The notes beneath the pieces were generated by a model. It searched no databases and was not told the origin of the DNA. It was given only the letters and a program-made list of their open reading frames with translations. Below are positions 38,759-47,713 of a stretch of 64,000 nucleotides of DNA, piece after piece (the stretch's first letter is position 1; each line of letters starts with the position of its first letter). The stretch is from Candidatus Caccovivens sp. (lineage in GTDB: Bacteria; Bacillota; Clostridia; Christensenellales; UBA1242): positions 64,091 through 128,090 of the forward strand of contig JAZRRN010000049.1 in the NCBI GenBank assembly GCA_045650745.1, given 5' to 3'. The position numbers and the translations under genes are program-made.

Positions 38759-38774
38759 TGTTTCACGTGAAACA
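38759..38774. promoter_or_regulatory. parS site 2 (perfect TGTTTCACGTGAAACA)
   Basis: Exact consensus, within the 24-bp palindrome at 38755-38778. Confidence 0.9.
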
Positions 38775-38965
38775 TTTTAAGAAGAAATTGGCTCAAAATT
38801 TTCAAAAAAGAGGTTCGAAGCCGTAGTTATGCACAAAAATACCTAAGCGCTAGGCAATTTTGTTGTAAAAATTATGTTTTGGGAAATGTCTGGAAAAGAA
38901 CAAAATTGTTGATTTGTTGATTGGACAGTGTTGATAAAAAATGAAAAACAAATTTTTTCTACAGG

Positions 38966-38994
38966 TTGACCAGCTTGCAAAAAATAGATATAAT
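38966..38994 (+). promoter_or_regulatory. Putative rubrerythrin promoter
   Basis: TTGACC (38966-38971), a 17-nt spacer, then TATAAT (38989-38994). Confidence 0.5.
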
Positions 38995-39023
38995 ATTATT
39001 GTACTTAATATAGGAGGTATACA

Positions 39024-39566
39024 ATGAAAGAATTAAAAGGTACAAAAACAGAAAAAAATCTTATGGAAGCATTTGCTGGAGAAAGTCAAGCAAGAAATAA
39101 ATATACATATTATGCTTCAAAAGCTAAGAAAGAAGGATACGAACAAATCGCAGCTGTATTTACAGAAACAGCAGACAACGAAAAAGAACATGCAAAGCTC
39201 TGGTTTAAGGAATTGCATGGTGGAGAAGTTCCAACAACTTATGCAAATTTGCTTGATGCTGCAGCTGGCGAAAGTGAAGAATGGACAGTAATGTATAAGA
39301 GAATGGCAGAAGAAGCCAGAGAAGAAGGTTTCGAAACTCTTGCTAGAAAATTTGAAGGGGTTGCTGCTATTGAAAAGAGACATGAAGAGAGATATCGCAA
39401 ACTTGCTGCTCTTGTGACAGAAGGGAAAGTGTTCAAAAAATCTGAAAAGAAAATGTGGATTTGTAGAAATTGTGGACATGTTCATGTTGGAGATTTTGCC
39501 CCAGAACTTTGCCCAGTATGTGCCCATGCAAAAGCATACTTCCAAATTTTGAATGAAGAATTTTAA
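39024..39566 (+). CDS. rbr: Rubrerythrin
   Basis: Ferritin-like di-iron helices (paired ExxH motifs, e.g. EKEHAKLW and EKRHEERY). C-terminal rubredoxin-type CRNCG...CPVC. Confidence 0.88.
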   Translation: MKELKGTKTEKNLMEAFAGESQARNKYTYYASKAKKEGYEQIAAVFTETADNEKEHAKLWFKELHGGEVPTTYANLLDAAAGESEEWTVMYKRMAEEAREEGFETLARKFEGVAAIEKRHEERYRKLAALVTEGKVFKKSEKKMWICRNCGHVHVGDFAPELCPVCAHAKAYFQILNEEF

Positions 39567-39739
39567 TAGATTGGTATAATATAATTGCTTAAAGTATAGT
39601 TATGTAAATATAACATTATATAGCATATTTAATATGTTTTGTAAAAATATTTCAAAATAATCAAATATAATAAAACAAAATGTTGACAAGATAACTCTAA
39701 TTGTGTTAATATACTAGCACAAGGGTTTCTTGTCTGTAT

Positions 39740-39830
39740 GCAGAGATACTCAAGAGGTCGAAGAGGCTCCCCTGCTAAGGGAGTAGGGTTGTAAAAGGCC
39801 GCGAGGGTTCGAATCCCTCTCTCTGCGCCA
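39740..39830 (+). tRNA. tRNA-Ser (anticodon GCU), CCA encoded
   Basis: GCAGAGATACTCAAGAGGTCGAAGAGGCTCCCCTGCTAAGGGAG...GGGTTCGAATCCCTCTCTCTGCGCCA. Anticodon loop CTGCTAA and a long variable arm. Followed by a terminator at about 39846-39877. Confidence 0.9.
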
Positions 39831-39937
39831 AAAATTATTTTTTGAGAAAGGTTGAGACAAACAACCTTTCTTTTTTTGTCAATCAAATTGTTTTGATAAT
39901 ATATTGAAAAATTTAATTTTTGTGCTATAATGACAAC

Positions 39938-40480
39938 ATGAAGATATATGTAATGAGACATGGGACAACCATTTGGAATGAGAAGGGAATTGTTCAGGGG
40001 AGATCTAACAATAGATTGAGCAATAATGGTGTTGTTGAAGTTGAAAATGCATCAAAAGAGCATAAAAAATCACAATTTGATATCATTTTTTGTTCGCCTT
40101 TGATGAGAACTAAACAAACTGCCAGAATCATGAATCAATATCACAATGTTGAGATTGTTTATGATGAAAGGTTGACGGAAATTGACAAAGGGATCTTTAC
40201 GGGAAGGAGAAAAAAAGATTTTGTTCCTGAAGAAGAATATCAAAGAAGCGTGCTTGATCCTAAATGTAAAATGGAAACATCAGAAAAGGTTATGGACAGA
40301 TGTAGAAATTTTTATCTTGATTTAGTCAAAAATTGCGACAAACAAACTGTTTTGATTGTTACACATGCTGGTGTTGCAACAAGATTGGAAAGTTTGATTT
40401 TGAAAAAAGAATTTGTTTACCTTGATAAAAAAGATAAGAAAAACTATAAAAATGCAGAAATAAGGCAATTTTCTATTTAA
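39938..40480 (+). CDS. Histidine phosphatase (phosphoglycerate-mutase-like) family protein
   Basis: MKIYVMRHGTTIWN carries the RHG catalytic motif. Confidence 0.75.
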   Translation: MKIYVMRHGTTIWNEKGIVQGRSNNRLSNNGVVEVENASKEHKKSQFDIIFCSPLMRTKQTARIMNQYHNVEIVYDERLTEIDKGIFTGRRKKDFVPEEEYQRSVLDPKCKMETSEKVMDRCRNFYLDLVKNCDKQTVLIVTHAGVATRLESLILKKEFVYLDKKDKKNYKNAEIRQFSI

Positions 40481-40504
40481 AAGTAATGCTTAAAGGAGGA
40501 TAAA

Positions 40505-41092
40505 GTGAAAACAGAAGTAGAAGCAAGATTGTTGGAATGTGATGTAGAAGAAGTGATCAAAAAGTTGAATAAAGCAGGAGCAGAGTTTGTTGGAGATTGG
40601 TTGCAAATAAGAAATTGTTATGACTTTTCGCCAGTGAGAGAAAACAGTTGGATTCGCCTTCGCACAAATGGAGAAGAAACAACTTTGACAATCAAAGAAA
40701 TTGCAACATCAAAAATTGACGGAACTAAAGAAAGTGAGATTGTTGTTTCTGATTTTGCAGCAACAGATGAAATTCTTAATAAATTGGGTTATGTCGCAAG
40801 AAGCAAGCAAGAAAACAGAAGAATTAGATATATGCTTGATGGCGTTGAAGTGGATATTGATTTCTGGCCACAAATCCCTGCTTATGTAGAGTTTGAAGGT
40901 CAAAGCGAAGTGGCGATCAGAGAGGCTTGTCAAAAGCTTGGTATTGATTTTGAAAAACTTACGACAATGGATGTTTCTTCGGTGTATTTGCATTATGGAA
41001 TTGATATTGAAAAACAATCAATTTTGGTTTTGGAAGAAGATAGAAAAAATGCAAAAATAAAAAATAATAAAGAATTGACAAAAAATCGATAA
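40505..41092 (+). CDS. Stand-alone CYTH domain protein (class IV adenylate cyclase / triphosphatase family)
   Basis: GTG start after RBS AAGGAGG. The N-terminal EVEAR is an ExExK-type motif. Size and layout match CyaB-type CYTH proteins. Confidence 0.6.
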   Translation: MKTEVEARLLECDVEEVIKKLNKAGAEFVGDWLQIRNCYDFSPVRENSWIRLRTNGEETTLTIKEIATSKIDGTKESEIVVSDFAATDEILNKLGYVARSKQENRRIRYMLDGVEVDIDFWPQIPAYVEFEGQSEVAIREACQKLGIDFEKLTTMDVSSVYLHYGIDIEKQSILVLEEDRKNAKIKNNKELTKNR

Positions 41093-41291
41093 AAATGAAT
41101 AAAAAAAGCATTTTCCAAATATTTTAATATTCGAAAAATGCTGACAAAAAACAAATTTTTGATAATTAAAAAAAAAGAGACCAACAATCTCTTTTTTTTG
41201 TTGTTTTTTTGATAATAAAATTATATTTAAAATTAATTTTTTTTGAATTTATGTATATTTAATTTTTTATTTTAACAGAGTGATTTTAGGC

Positions 41292-41717
41292 AATAAAAAA
41301 AGAAGTCCGAAAACTTCTTTAGTAGGGACACGCGGAACGCCATATTGTTTTTATATTCCCCATTAATCCACAAATCAACAAAAGATATGTAAGTAAGTTT
41401 GTTGATCCATCAAAGCGATTTTTTTGATGAATTCAAAATATAACGAGTATATCTTGAATATGCAATAACCATGCTCTTACAAGCAAACTTTGACAATTAC
41501 TTGAACTTGTCAGGTTTAGACTGAAAATTGTTGGGTAATCAACTTTTCAGCTTTGAGATAAATCTCAGGTCAGATTATTGTTCTACTATTACCGTGAATC
41601 GTCTTTGGCCATGGCAAACTGTATATTTGAACATCTCAGAACAAACAGTGACACATGTAATACAACATGATATGTTTTTCGGTCAGACTTAACATCAACC
41701 ATTCAAGTGATTAATGT
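41292..41717 (-). ncRNA. Candidate structured ncRNA of about 425 nt, unknown class
   Basis: Minus-strand TTGACA (41752-41747), 17-nt spacer, TATAAT (41729-41724). Terminator AAAGAAGT-TTTCGG-ACTTCTTT plus a T-run at 41320-41292. No SD-preceded ORF. Several 7-12-bp hairpins. Confidence 0.45.
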
Positions 41718-41723
41718 TCAATC

Positions 41724-41752
41724 ATTATACTATATATAAAAAATAATGTCAA
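41724..41752 (-). promoter_or_regulatory. Consensus sigma-70 promoter driving the candidate ncRNA
   Basis: Perfect -35 and -10 hexamers with an exact 17-nt spacer, read on the minus strand. Confidence 0.6.
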
Positions 41753-42185
41753 ACAAATTTTACAACTTTTTTCAAAATTTTTTATTTTTTTTAAAAGGCT
41801 TTAAAAAGTGTTGCATCTGCCAAATGTTAAAAATTTTTCAATATTTTAAAATTGGGTCATTTTTGTCGTTTTGCTTGCAAGGTGGACAAGTCTTTGTTTT
41901 TTGCAAAAAATCGGCATTTTGGGGCATTTTTGGCTATTTTTTAGTATAATTTAAAAATTGTTTTTAATGCAATTTTTGTTTTTTTTAAATTTTGTTAAAA
42001 ATGGTTTTTTGTCTTTGTTTTACGCAAGCAAAAATGTGTGAGCGATAAAATGTTATTATATTTTTTTAATAATATATTTTTTTAATATAACTCTTTTATT
42101 TTGAAAGCAAGTATGCTATAATCTTTTTGTATATTAAACAACACTTAACCTCGTGAGAGATTGAGAAAAACGGAGGAGTTTTGAA

Positions 42186-45100
42186 ATGAAAAAATTTTGG
42201 GTTGTTTTGCCAGTGTTGGCGTTGATGGCTTTGGGAATTTGTTTGCCAAAGGCTGATAAAGTGAACGAATATATCAACAATGCAGAAGCTGGTCCGGTTT
42301 TGGAAGTGTCGGTCGATTCTTTTGATGGATTGAAAGAAGCATTGCGTGCAGAAGAAAATTCTTGCATCACGATTGAAGAAGATATTTTGATTTCAAACAC
42401 TCTTTACACAGGAAATGCAAATTACACAATTTTGGCAAGCAAAGATGTAACTTTGACAAGGGCAGAGGGTTTTGTTGATGATTTGGTTTATATTGACAAA
42501 AACAGCACATTGTCTGTTGGGGAAATTGGATCATCAAACAAAATTGTTTTTGATGGAAATGGTTTGGTGGCAACAGATGTGCCTGCCAGAATTTTTGAAA
42601 ACCACGGAACTTTGAATTTGACAAACGGTGTGTCTGTGACAAATGTTTCTGGAAATATTTCAGGTTGTGCAATTTACAACGCAGGAAATTGCAATTTGGA
42701 CAAAGTTTCAATTCATGACAATGTGATGAATAACGCCAGCGTGTATGCAATGATTTACTCAACAACAGGAGCAAATCTTGTGATCAACAACAGCGAAATC
42801 TTCAACAACAGAGTTGACAACGCAAGTGGTGCTGCAATTTTTGTTAATGTTGGCGGCTCAGCTTGGATTTCTGGAAGTAAATTTTACAACAACACAACAA
42901 ACATGAGAGGTGGCGCAATTGTTGCCAAAGGTTGTGAAATGACAGTAAGAAACTGTCTGTTTTATGAAAACCATGCAGATTATGGTGCAGCCATTCATGC
43001 TTATGAAGGTGGAAATGTAAGTATCAACGGAAGTGAATTTTATGGAAATGTTGCAACACACTATGGGGCAATTTCGTCGATAAGCACAAATCTTTCGTTG
43101 GTGAATGTCAATGTGCATGACAACACTGCAATCAACAAAGGCGGTGCATTGTATATTGAAAGCACAGAAAGTTTGCCTGCAACACTCACTGTCAATGGAG
43201 GAAACTTTTTAAACAATGTTTGTTGGAATGCAGCGCAAAGCAGTGGTTATGGTGGTGCTGTCCACATCAAGAGTCCTTCTACAACAGCAAGCATTTTTGG
43301 TGCAACATTCAAAAACAACAAAGCAGTTTATGGCGGTGCGATTTCAGTTGAAAATTCAAACTTGATGATGGCTGGTGGTCTTGTTGAAGGCAACACTGCA
43401 ACAAATGGCACTGCATCAACAGGATATGGTGGTGGTTTGTATCTCAACACAAATGCACAAGTGGAACTTCACGATGTTGTTATTTCTAAAAACAATGCAA
43501 TCCAAAAGGGTGGTGCTGTCAACTTGTTTGGCGAATCTGACCTTGTGATGTATGGCGCAAAGATTTACAGCAACACTTCTAAATATGGTGCTGGTGTTGG
43601 TGTAGAAAACGGAACTTTCACACAAGAAAGTGGAGAAATTATGTATAATGTTTCTTCTGCTTCTGGTTGTGGGGTTTTTGTAGACAAAGGTTTTTATAAA
43701 CTCAACGATGGAAAATTGTCTTTCAACAAAACGACAGGCTCAAACGGTGGAGCAATCAACAACAAAGACAAAGTTTACATCAATGGTGGAATTATTGAAG
43801 GCAACTCTGCTCAATGGGCTGGTGGTGCGATCCATTCTTACATCAGTGACACATCTGATGATGTCAGAGTTGTTGTGACAGGTGGCACATTTAAAGACAA
43901 CGGAAAAGTTTTGACAATTGATGGCGAAAGTGCAACAGTTGGCGAAGCGTATTCATATTATGGTGGAGCAATCAACATCAACAGTGGACTTTTGCAAATC
44001 ACTGGTGGAACTTTTGTTTCAAACGCAACAACAAAAGATGGCAGCAACAAGTATGGCTATGGTGGTGCTGTTTGCGTGCAAGGTGGCACAGCAGAAATCT
44101 CTGGTGCAACATTCAGTCAAAATGATGCTATCACTGGTGGTGCTGTTTATGTGACTGCCGGAACACTTAAGATTGAAAACTCGATTTTTGAAAAGAACAC
44201 ATCAAAAAAAGAGGGTGGTGCTGTTTATTTGAAAGATGTTGCAGGCACTGTTTCAATCAATGACTGTTTGTTTGATCAAAACACTGCGACCACATATGCT
44301 GGTGCGATTTATACAACAGGTTCGGTTGCAACTTCAAGCAGATCAACATACACAAAAAACATTGCTGTTTCTGGAGCTGGTGCAGTTGCTGTTTATGATT
44401 CGGGTGAATTTGTTGTAAACAGTGGCACATTTTCAGGAAACAATGCGACAGCAGAAGCTGAAGGTGTAAGAGGAAAAGATCTTTACATTTATGGCGCAGC
44501 AAAAGCAACAAGCACAGCAAAAGCGACTGTCAATGGTGGAACATTTGAAAACATTGGCGTGCACTACGGAAAAATCAGTGTTGGTGGAAATGTTTCAGTT
44601 TCAGAAAAGATTATGACTTGGGCTGGTGTTGCAGAAAACAATGTAAACATGATTGTTCATGACGAATTGAAAAATCCAATTGTTTTCTTCTGTCGTTATA
44701 ATGTTTATTCAGACTCACTTACACAAAACTATATGATTCAAATCAACAACAAGACAACAAAAGATCCATTCAAGTTGATTTACAACATTGTTGTTGATGA
44801 TGCGAAAGCATACAACTATTATGTTGATTACAACAGAGAAACAGGCAAAGCAACAATCAAACAATGCGCTTACACAATTTCAAGTCCAACAGATGTTGCG
44901 ATTGCAGTAAGAAAAGGTGCAAACGCAGACGAAGTTGTGACATTTGCTCCTATTGCTGGTTACAGCATTTCAAATGTAAAATACAACGGCATAGAAATTG
45001 TTGCAGATGCAACAGGCGAGTATTCGTTTGTTATGCCAGGATCAAATGTTGAAATCACTTATGATTGCGAGCTTGCTCCGGTTGACATTTTGATTGATGA

Positions 45101-47699
45101 TGATGCAAAAGGATTGTTGAATGTTGTCGAGAAAGCTACACTTGATGCAAGAGTTGAAGTTACTCTTGCAGAAAGCACAACTTGGTTTGTTGACAATGTA
45201 TATTACAACCACAACGGACAAAAAGTTTATTTGACAAACAGACAAGGAAAGTATTATTTTACAATGTTTGATGGCGTGAAACTTTTTGTTGAAAAGACTC
45301 CACTCTATCAAATTGTGTTTTCAGAAAACAATATTCTTGCCGAAGATTCTTCTGCAAGTGTTGATGGCAAAAAGGTTGTCAGCGCTTTGGCTGGAAAAGA
45401 AGTAGAACTTGAAATTTTTGCAAACGACTATAAATATTTGTTGGATATCGAAAATTCTTATTATATGATTGAGGGCGACTCAACAAAACATTCAATCAAG
45501 ACATTAAATTTTGTTATGCCAGAAGCAAATGTTGTGATTTACACAGTTTTTGCAAATGTTTATTCTGACCTTAAAAATGTTGTTGAGGTTTACACTTTTG
45601 AAGAATTGAAACAAGTGTTGACAACTGCGACTGATGCAGACATTATTTTGAAGGCAGACATTGAAATTGGCGAAACAATTACACTTGCATCAAACACAAA
45701 CTATACACTCGTTGCTTTTGGAAACAGAACAATCAAAAGAGCAAGTGGTTTTACAAAAACTATGTTTGTGTTGCCAGAATTTACAAACTTGACTTTGGGT
45801 ATGGAAAACATTCTTGAAGGGGTTGAGTGCAACCTTGTGTTTGATGGAAACTCGACAGTTGTGAAAAACACAGTGGGATCATTGTTTGCAGTGATCAACA
45901 GCTCGCAACTTGTGATGAATGAGTTTGTTACACTTACAAACAACAAAGTTGGCAAAAACGAATATGGATCATTGATTGAGAGAGTTTCTGGAAATGCCGG
46001 TGGTGGCGCATTGATGATCTTTAGTGGCAAGTTTGTTATGAATGGTGGCGAAATCTCATACAACTCAGCAAGTGGCTATGGTGGTGCGATTTACAGTCAC
46101 GGTTATGTAGAACTCAACGCAGGAAAGATTTCTTACAACACTTCAACACTTCATGGTGGTGCGATTTACACCAACAGAGTTTTGCGTATCAATGGTGGCG
46201 AAATTTCTTACAACTCTTTGACAACAAGTGATGCAAATGGTGCTGGCGTGTATTGTGCAAACAACTTCCTTTCAATCATGACAATGACTGGTGGCAAGTT
46301 TGAAGGCAACTCAAGCAAAGCAAGTGCCGGTGCACTTTATATTGGCACAAGAGCAACATTGACAATCTATGATGGCGAATTTGTTGACAATAGATCAAGT
46401 GCTAACAATGCCGGTGCGATTTACTTGTATGGAAAAGCAACTATATACAAAGCAACTTTCAGAGCAAACTATGCAAAAGGCAATGGTGGTGCAATTTATG
46501 TCAACAGTGGCGACACCGTAAACATTAATGGCGAACTTTTTGTCGAAGGTGCAACATTTGACGGAAACAATGCCGGTTATGGTGGTGGTGCGATTGCAGT
46601 TCATCGTTTGGCAACTGCTTACATCAAACATGATGACATCGAATTTAAAAACAACAGCGCAGTTGAAAGAGGTGGTGCGATTTATGTAATGTCAGATTCT
46701 GACCTCGCTCCATCAAAAGCAATTGTGTTGAATGGGCGTTTCCAAGCAAACACAGCAAAAGAAGGAAATGATATTGCAGTGCAATACGGTGTGCTGGAAA
46801 TTGGTGGAAAAGTTTCCAACCTCGATGTTAGGACAGTGGCAAACCCAAGAGCAAACTGTGGATATATCAAAGTGGTTGAAGAGCTTGAAAATTTTGTAAC
46901 AATCAAACCTATTTCTTACACAGTAGACACAATCACAGGTGACAGGTTCTTTAGAGCAGAAGCAGGCGTTGATGTTGCAAACATTTTTGAAAAAGTGATT
47001 ATTCCACAACCATCAAACACAACTTATTGTTTGGTTTACAAAGATGGCGAATTTACTTTGAGAAACAGGGTGTTTATGATCTCTGTTGCAGGAAATTCAA
47101 AAGCAATCAGCGTTGTCCCAAATGCAGACAATGGCGAAGAGGTTGTGATTCAAGTTCAAAATGGCTACAAAGTTTCAAATCTCAAATACAATGGCACAGA
47201 CATTGTTGGAAACAAATTTGTTATGCCAAGAGCAGATGTTGAAATCACATTTGATGCAACATTGATTGAATATCAAATCACAGTTGCAGAAGGTTTGACG
47301 GGTGGACAAATTGCACTTAGTCAAAACAAAGCAACTGTTGAAGATGTTGTGACAATCACTTTGACACCAGATCAAGGTTGGTTTGTGACACAACTTTACA
47401 TCAACAAAACTCTTGTTGAAGTTGAAGGAAACAGCATTGAAATTTTGGTGGAAGCAGATACAACCATTTCAGCAAAATTTGAAAAAATCAAATATATGAT
47501 TTGCTACAATTTCAACTATGACAACAAAACAGAAATGAAGAGTGTTTATGCTGGCGAACTTATCAAAGAAAAAACTCCAACTAGAAAAGGTTTTGAGTTT
47601 GGTGGTTGGTATGTTGACAAAGCATTGACACAGCAATATGACTTTACTGCTCCGGTTTATGGAGTTGTGCAGTTGTATGCAAAATGGACAGAGAAATAA
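42186..47699 (+). CDS. Giant secreted two-module Pmp-repeat (GGAI / FxxN) beta-helix protein with one C-terminal Listeria-Bacteroides repeat
   Basis: 1837 aa. Signal peptide MKKFWVVLPVLALMALGICLPKA. Dozens of GGA[ILV] and FxxN motifs. Internal duplication, with module 2 starting near nt 45590. The C-terminal GFEFGGWYVDKALTQQYDF...LYAKWT is an InlB B-type repeat. Confidence 0.8.
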   Translation: MKKFWVVLPVLALMALGICLPKADKVNEYINNAEAGPVLEVSVDSFDGLKEALRAEENSCITIEEDILISNTLYTGNANYTILASKDVTLTRAEGFVDDLVYIDKNSTLSVGEIGSSNKIVFDGNGLVATDVPARIFENHGTLNLTNGVSVTNVSGNISGCAIYNAGNCNLDKVSIHDNVMNNASVYAMIYSTTGANLVINNSEIFNNRVDNASGAAIFVNVGGSAWISGSKFYNNTTNMRGGAIVAKGCEMTVRNCLFYENHADYGAAIHAYEGGNVSINGSEFYGNVATHYGAISSISTNLSLVNVNVHDNTAINKGGALYIESTESLPATLTVNGGNFLNNVCWNAAQSSGYGGAVHIKSPSTTASIFGATFKNNKAVYGGAISVENSNLMMAGGLVEGNTATNGTASTGYGGGLYLNTNAQVELHDVVISKNNAIQKGGAVNLFGESDLVMYGAKIYSNTSKYGAGVGVENGTFTQESGEIMYNVSSASGCGVFVDKGFYKLNDGKLSFNKTTGSNGGAINNKDKVYINGGIIEGNSAQWAGGAIHSYISDTSDDVRVVVTGGTFKDNGKVLTIDGESATVGEAYSYYGGAININSGLLQITGGTFVSNATTKDGSNKYGYGGAVCVQGGTAEISGATFSQNDAITGGAVYVTAGTLKIENSIFEKNTSKKEGGAVYLKDVAGTVSINDCLFDQNTATTYAGAIYTTGSVATSSRSTYTKNIAVSGAGAVAVYDSGEFVVNSGTFSGNNATAEAEGVRGKDLYIYGAAKATSTAKATVNGGTFENIGVHYGKISVGGNVSVSEKIMTWAGVAENNVNMIVHDELKNPIVFFCRYNVYSDSLTQNYMIQINNKTTKDPFKLIYNIVVDDAKAYNYYVDYNRETGKATIKQCAYTISSPTDVAIAVRKGANADEVVTFAPIAGYSISNVKYNGIEIVADATGEYSFVMPGSNVEITYDCELAPVDILIDDDAKGLLNVVEKATLDARVEVTLAESTTWFVDNVYYNHNGQKVYLTNRQGKYYFTMFDGVKLFVEKTPLYQIVFSENNILAEDSSASVDGKKVVSALAGKEVELEIFANDYKYLLDIENSYYMIEGDSTKHSIKTLNFVMPEANVVIYTVFANVYSDLKNVVEVYTFEELKQVLTTATDADIILKADIEIGETITLASNTNYTLVAFGNRTIKRASGFTKTMFVLPEFTNLTLGMENILEGVECNLVFDGNSTVVKNTVGSLFAVINSSQLVMNEFVTLTNNKVGKNEYGSLIERVSGNAGGGALMIFSGKFVMNGGEISYNSASGYGGAIYSHGYVELNAGKISYNTSTLHGGAIYTNRVLRINGGEISYNSLTTSDANGAGVYCANNFLSIMTMTGGKFEGNSSKASAGALYIGTRATLTIYDGEFVDNRSSANNAGAIYLYGKATIYKATFRANYAKGNGGAIYVNSGDTVNINGELFVEGATFDGNNAGYGGGAIAVHRLATAYIKHDDIEFKNNSAVERGGAIYVMSDSDLAPSKAIVLNGRFQANTAKEGNDIAVQYGVLEIGGKVSNLDVRTVANPRANCGYIKVVEELENFVTIKPISYTVDTITGDRFFRAEAGVDVANIFEKVIIPQPSNTTYCLVYKDGEFTLRNRVFMISVAGNSKAISVVPNADNGEEVVIQVQNGYKVSNLKYNGTDIVGNKFVMPRADVEITFDATLIEYQITVAEGLTGGQIALSQNKATVEDVVTITLTPDQGWFVTQLYINKTLVEVEGNSIEILVEADTTISAKFEKIKYMICYNFNYDNKTEMKSVYAGELIKEKTPTRKGFEFGGWYVDKALTQQYDFTAPVYGVVQLYAKWTEK

Positions 47700-47713
47700 G
47701 AAGGAGGTGGAAA

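Noticed and set aside
38985-39005. PerR/Fur-type box (TTATAATnATTATAA) over the rubrerythrin promoter
   Set aside because: GATATAATATTATTGTA matches only the left half-site. The right half is poor, so the resemblance is mostly the -10 hexamer in AT-rich DNA.
39629-39961. 110-aa minus-strand ORF
   Set aside because: It runs antisense straight through the tRNA-Ser(GCU) gene, its promoter and its terminator. The sequence is low-complexity and AT-driven, and there is no RBS.
41296-41360. T-box riboswitch interpretation of the 3' part of the candidate ncRNA (ATGGCGTTCCGCG resembling GGTGGTACCGCG, followed by a terminator)
   Set aside because: The match to the T-box sequence is partial and no Stem-I specifier or AG-bulge features are evident. 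No downstream gene lies on that strand for a leader to regulate.
41589-41702. 37-codon ORF (MVDVKSDRKTYHVVLHVSLFVLRCSNIQFAMAKDDSR) at the 5' end of the candidate ncRNA, considered as a possible type I toxin or small protein
   Set aside because: There is no Shine-Dalgarno sequence upstream and the peptide is only weakly hydrophobic. It cannot be excluded without ribosome profiling, so I kept the non-coding interpretation.
41746-41949. 67-aa plus-strand ORF in the AT-rich spacer upstream of the giant gene
   Set aside because: It is a Phe/Lys-rich translation of A/T-run DNA with no RBS. The same reasoning applies to 7291-7530, 10619-10939, 12973-13164 and 23727-23942.
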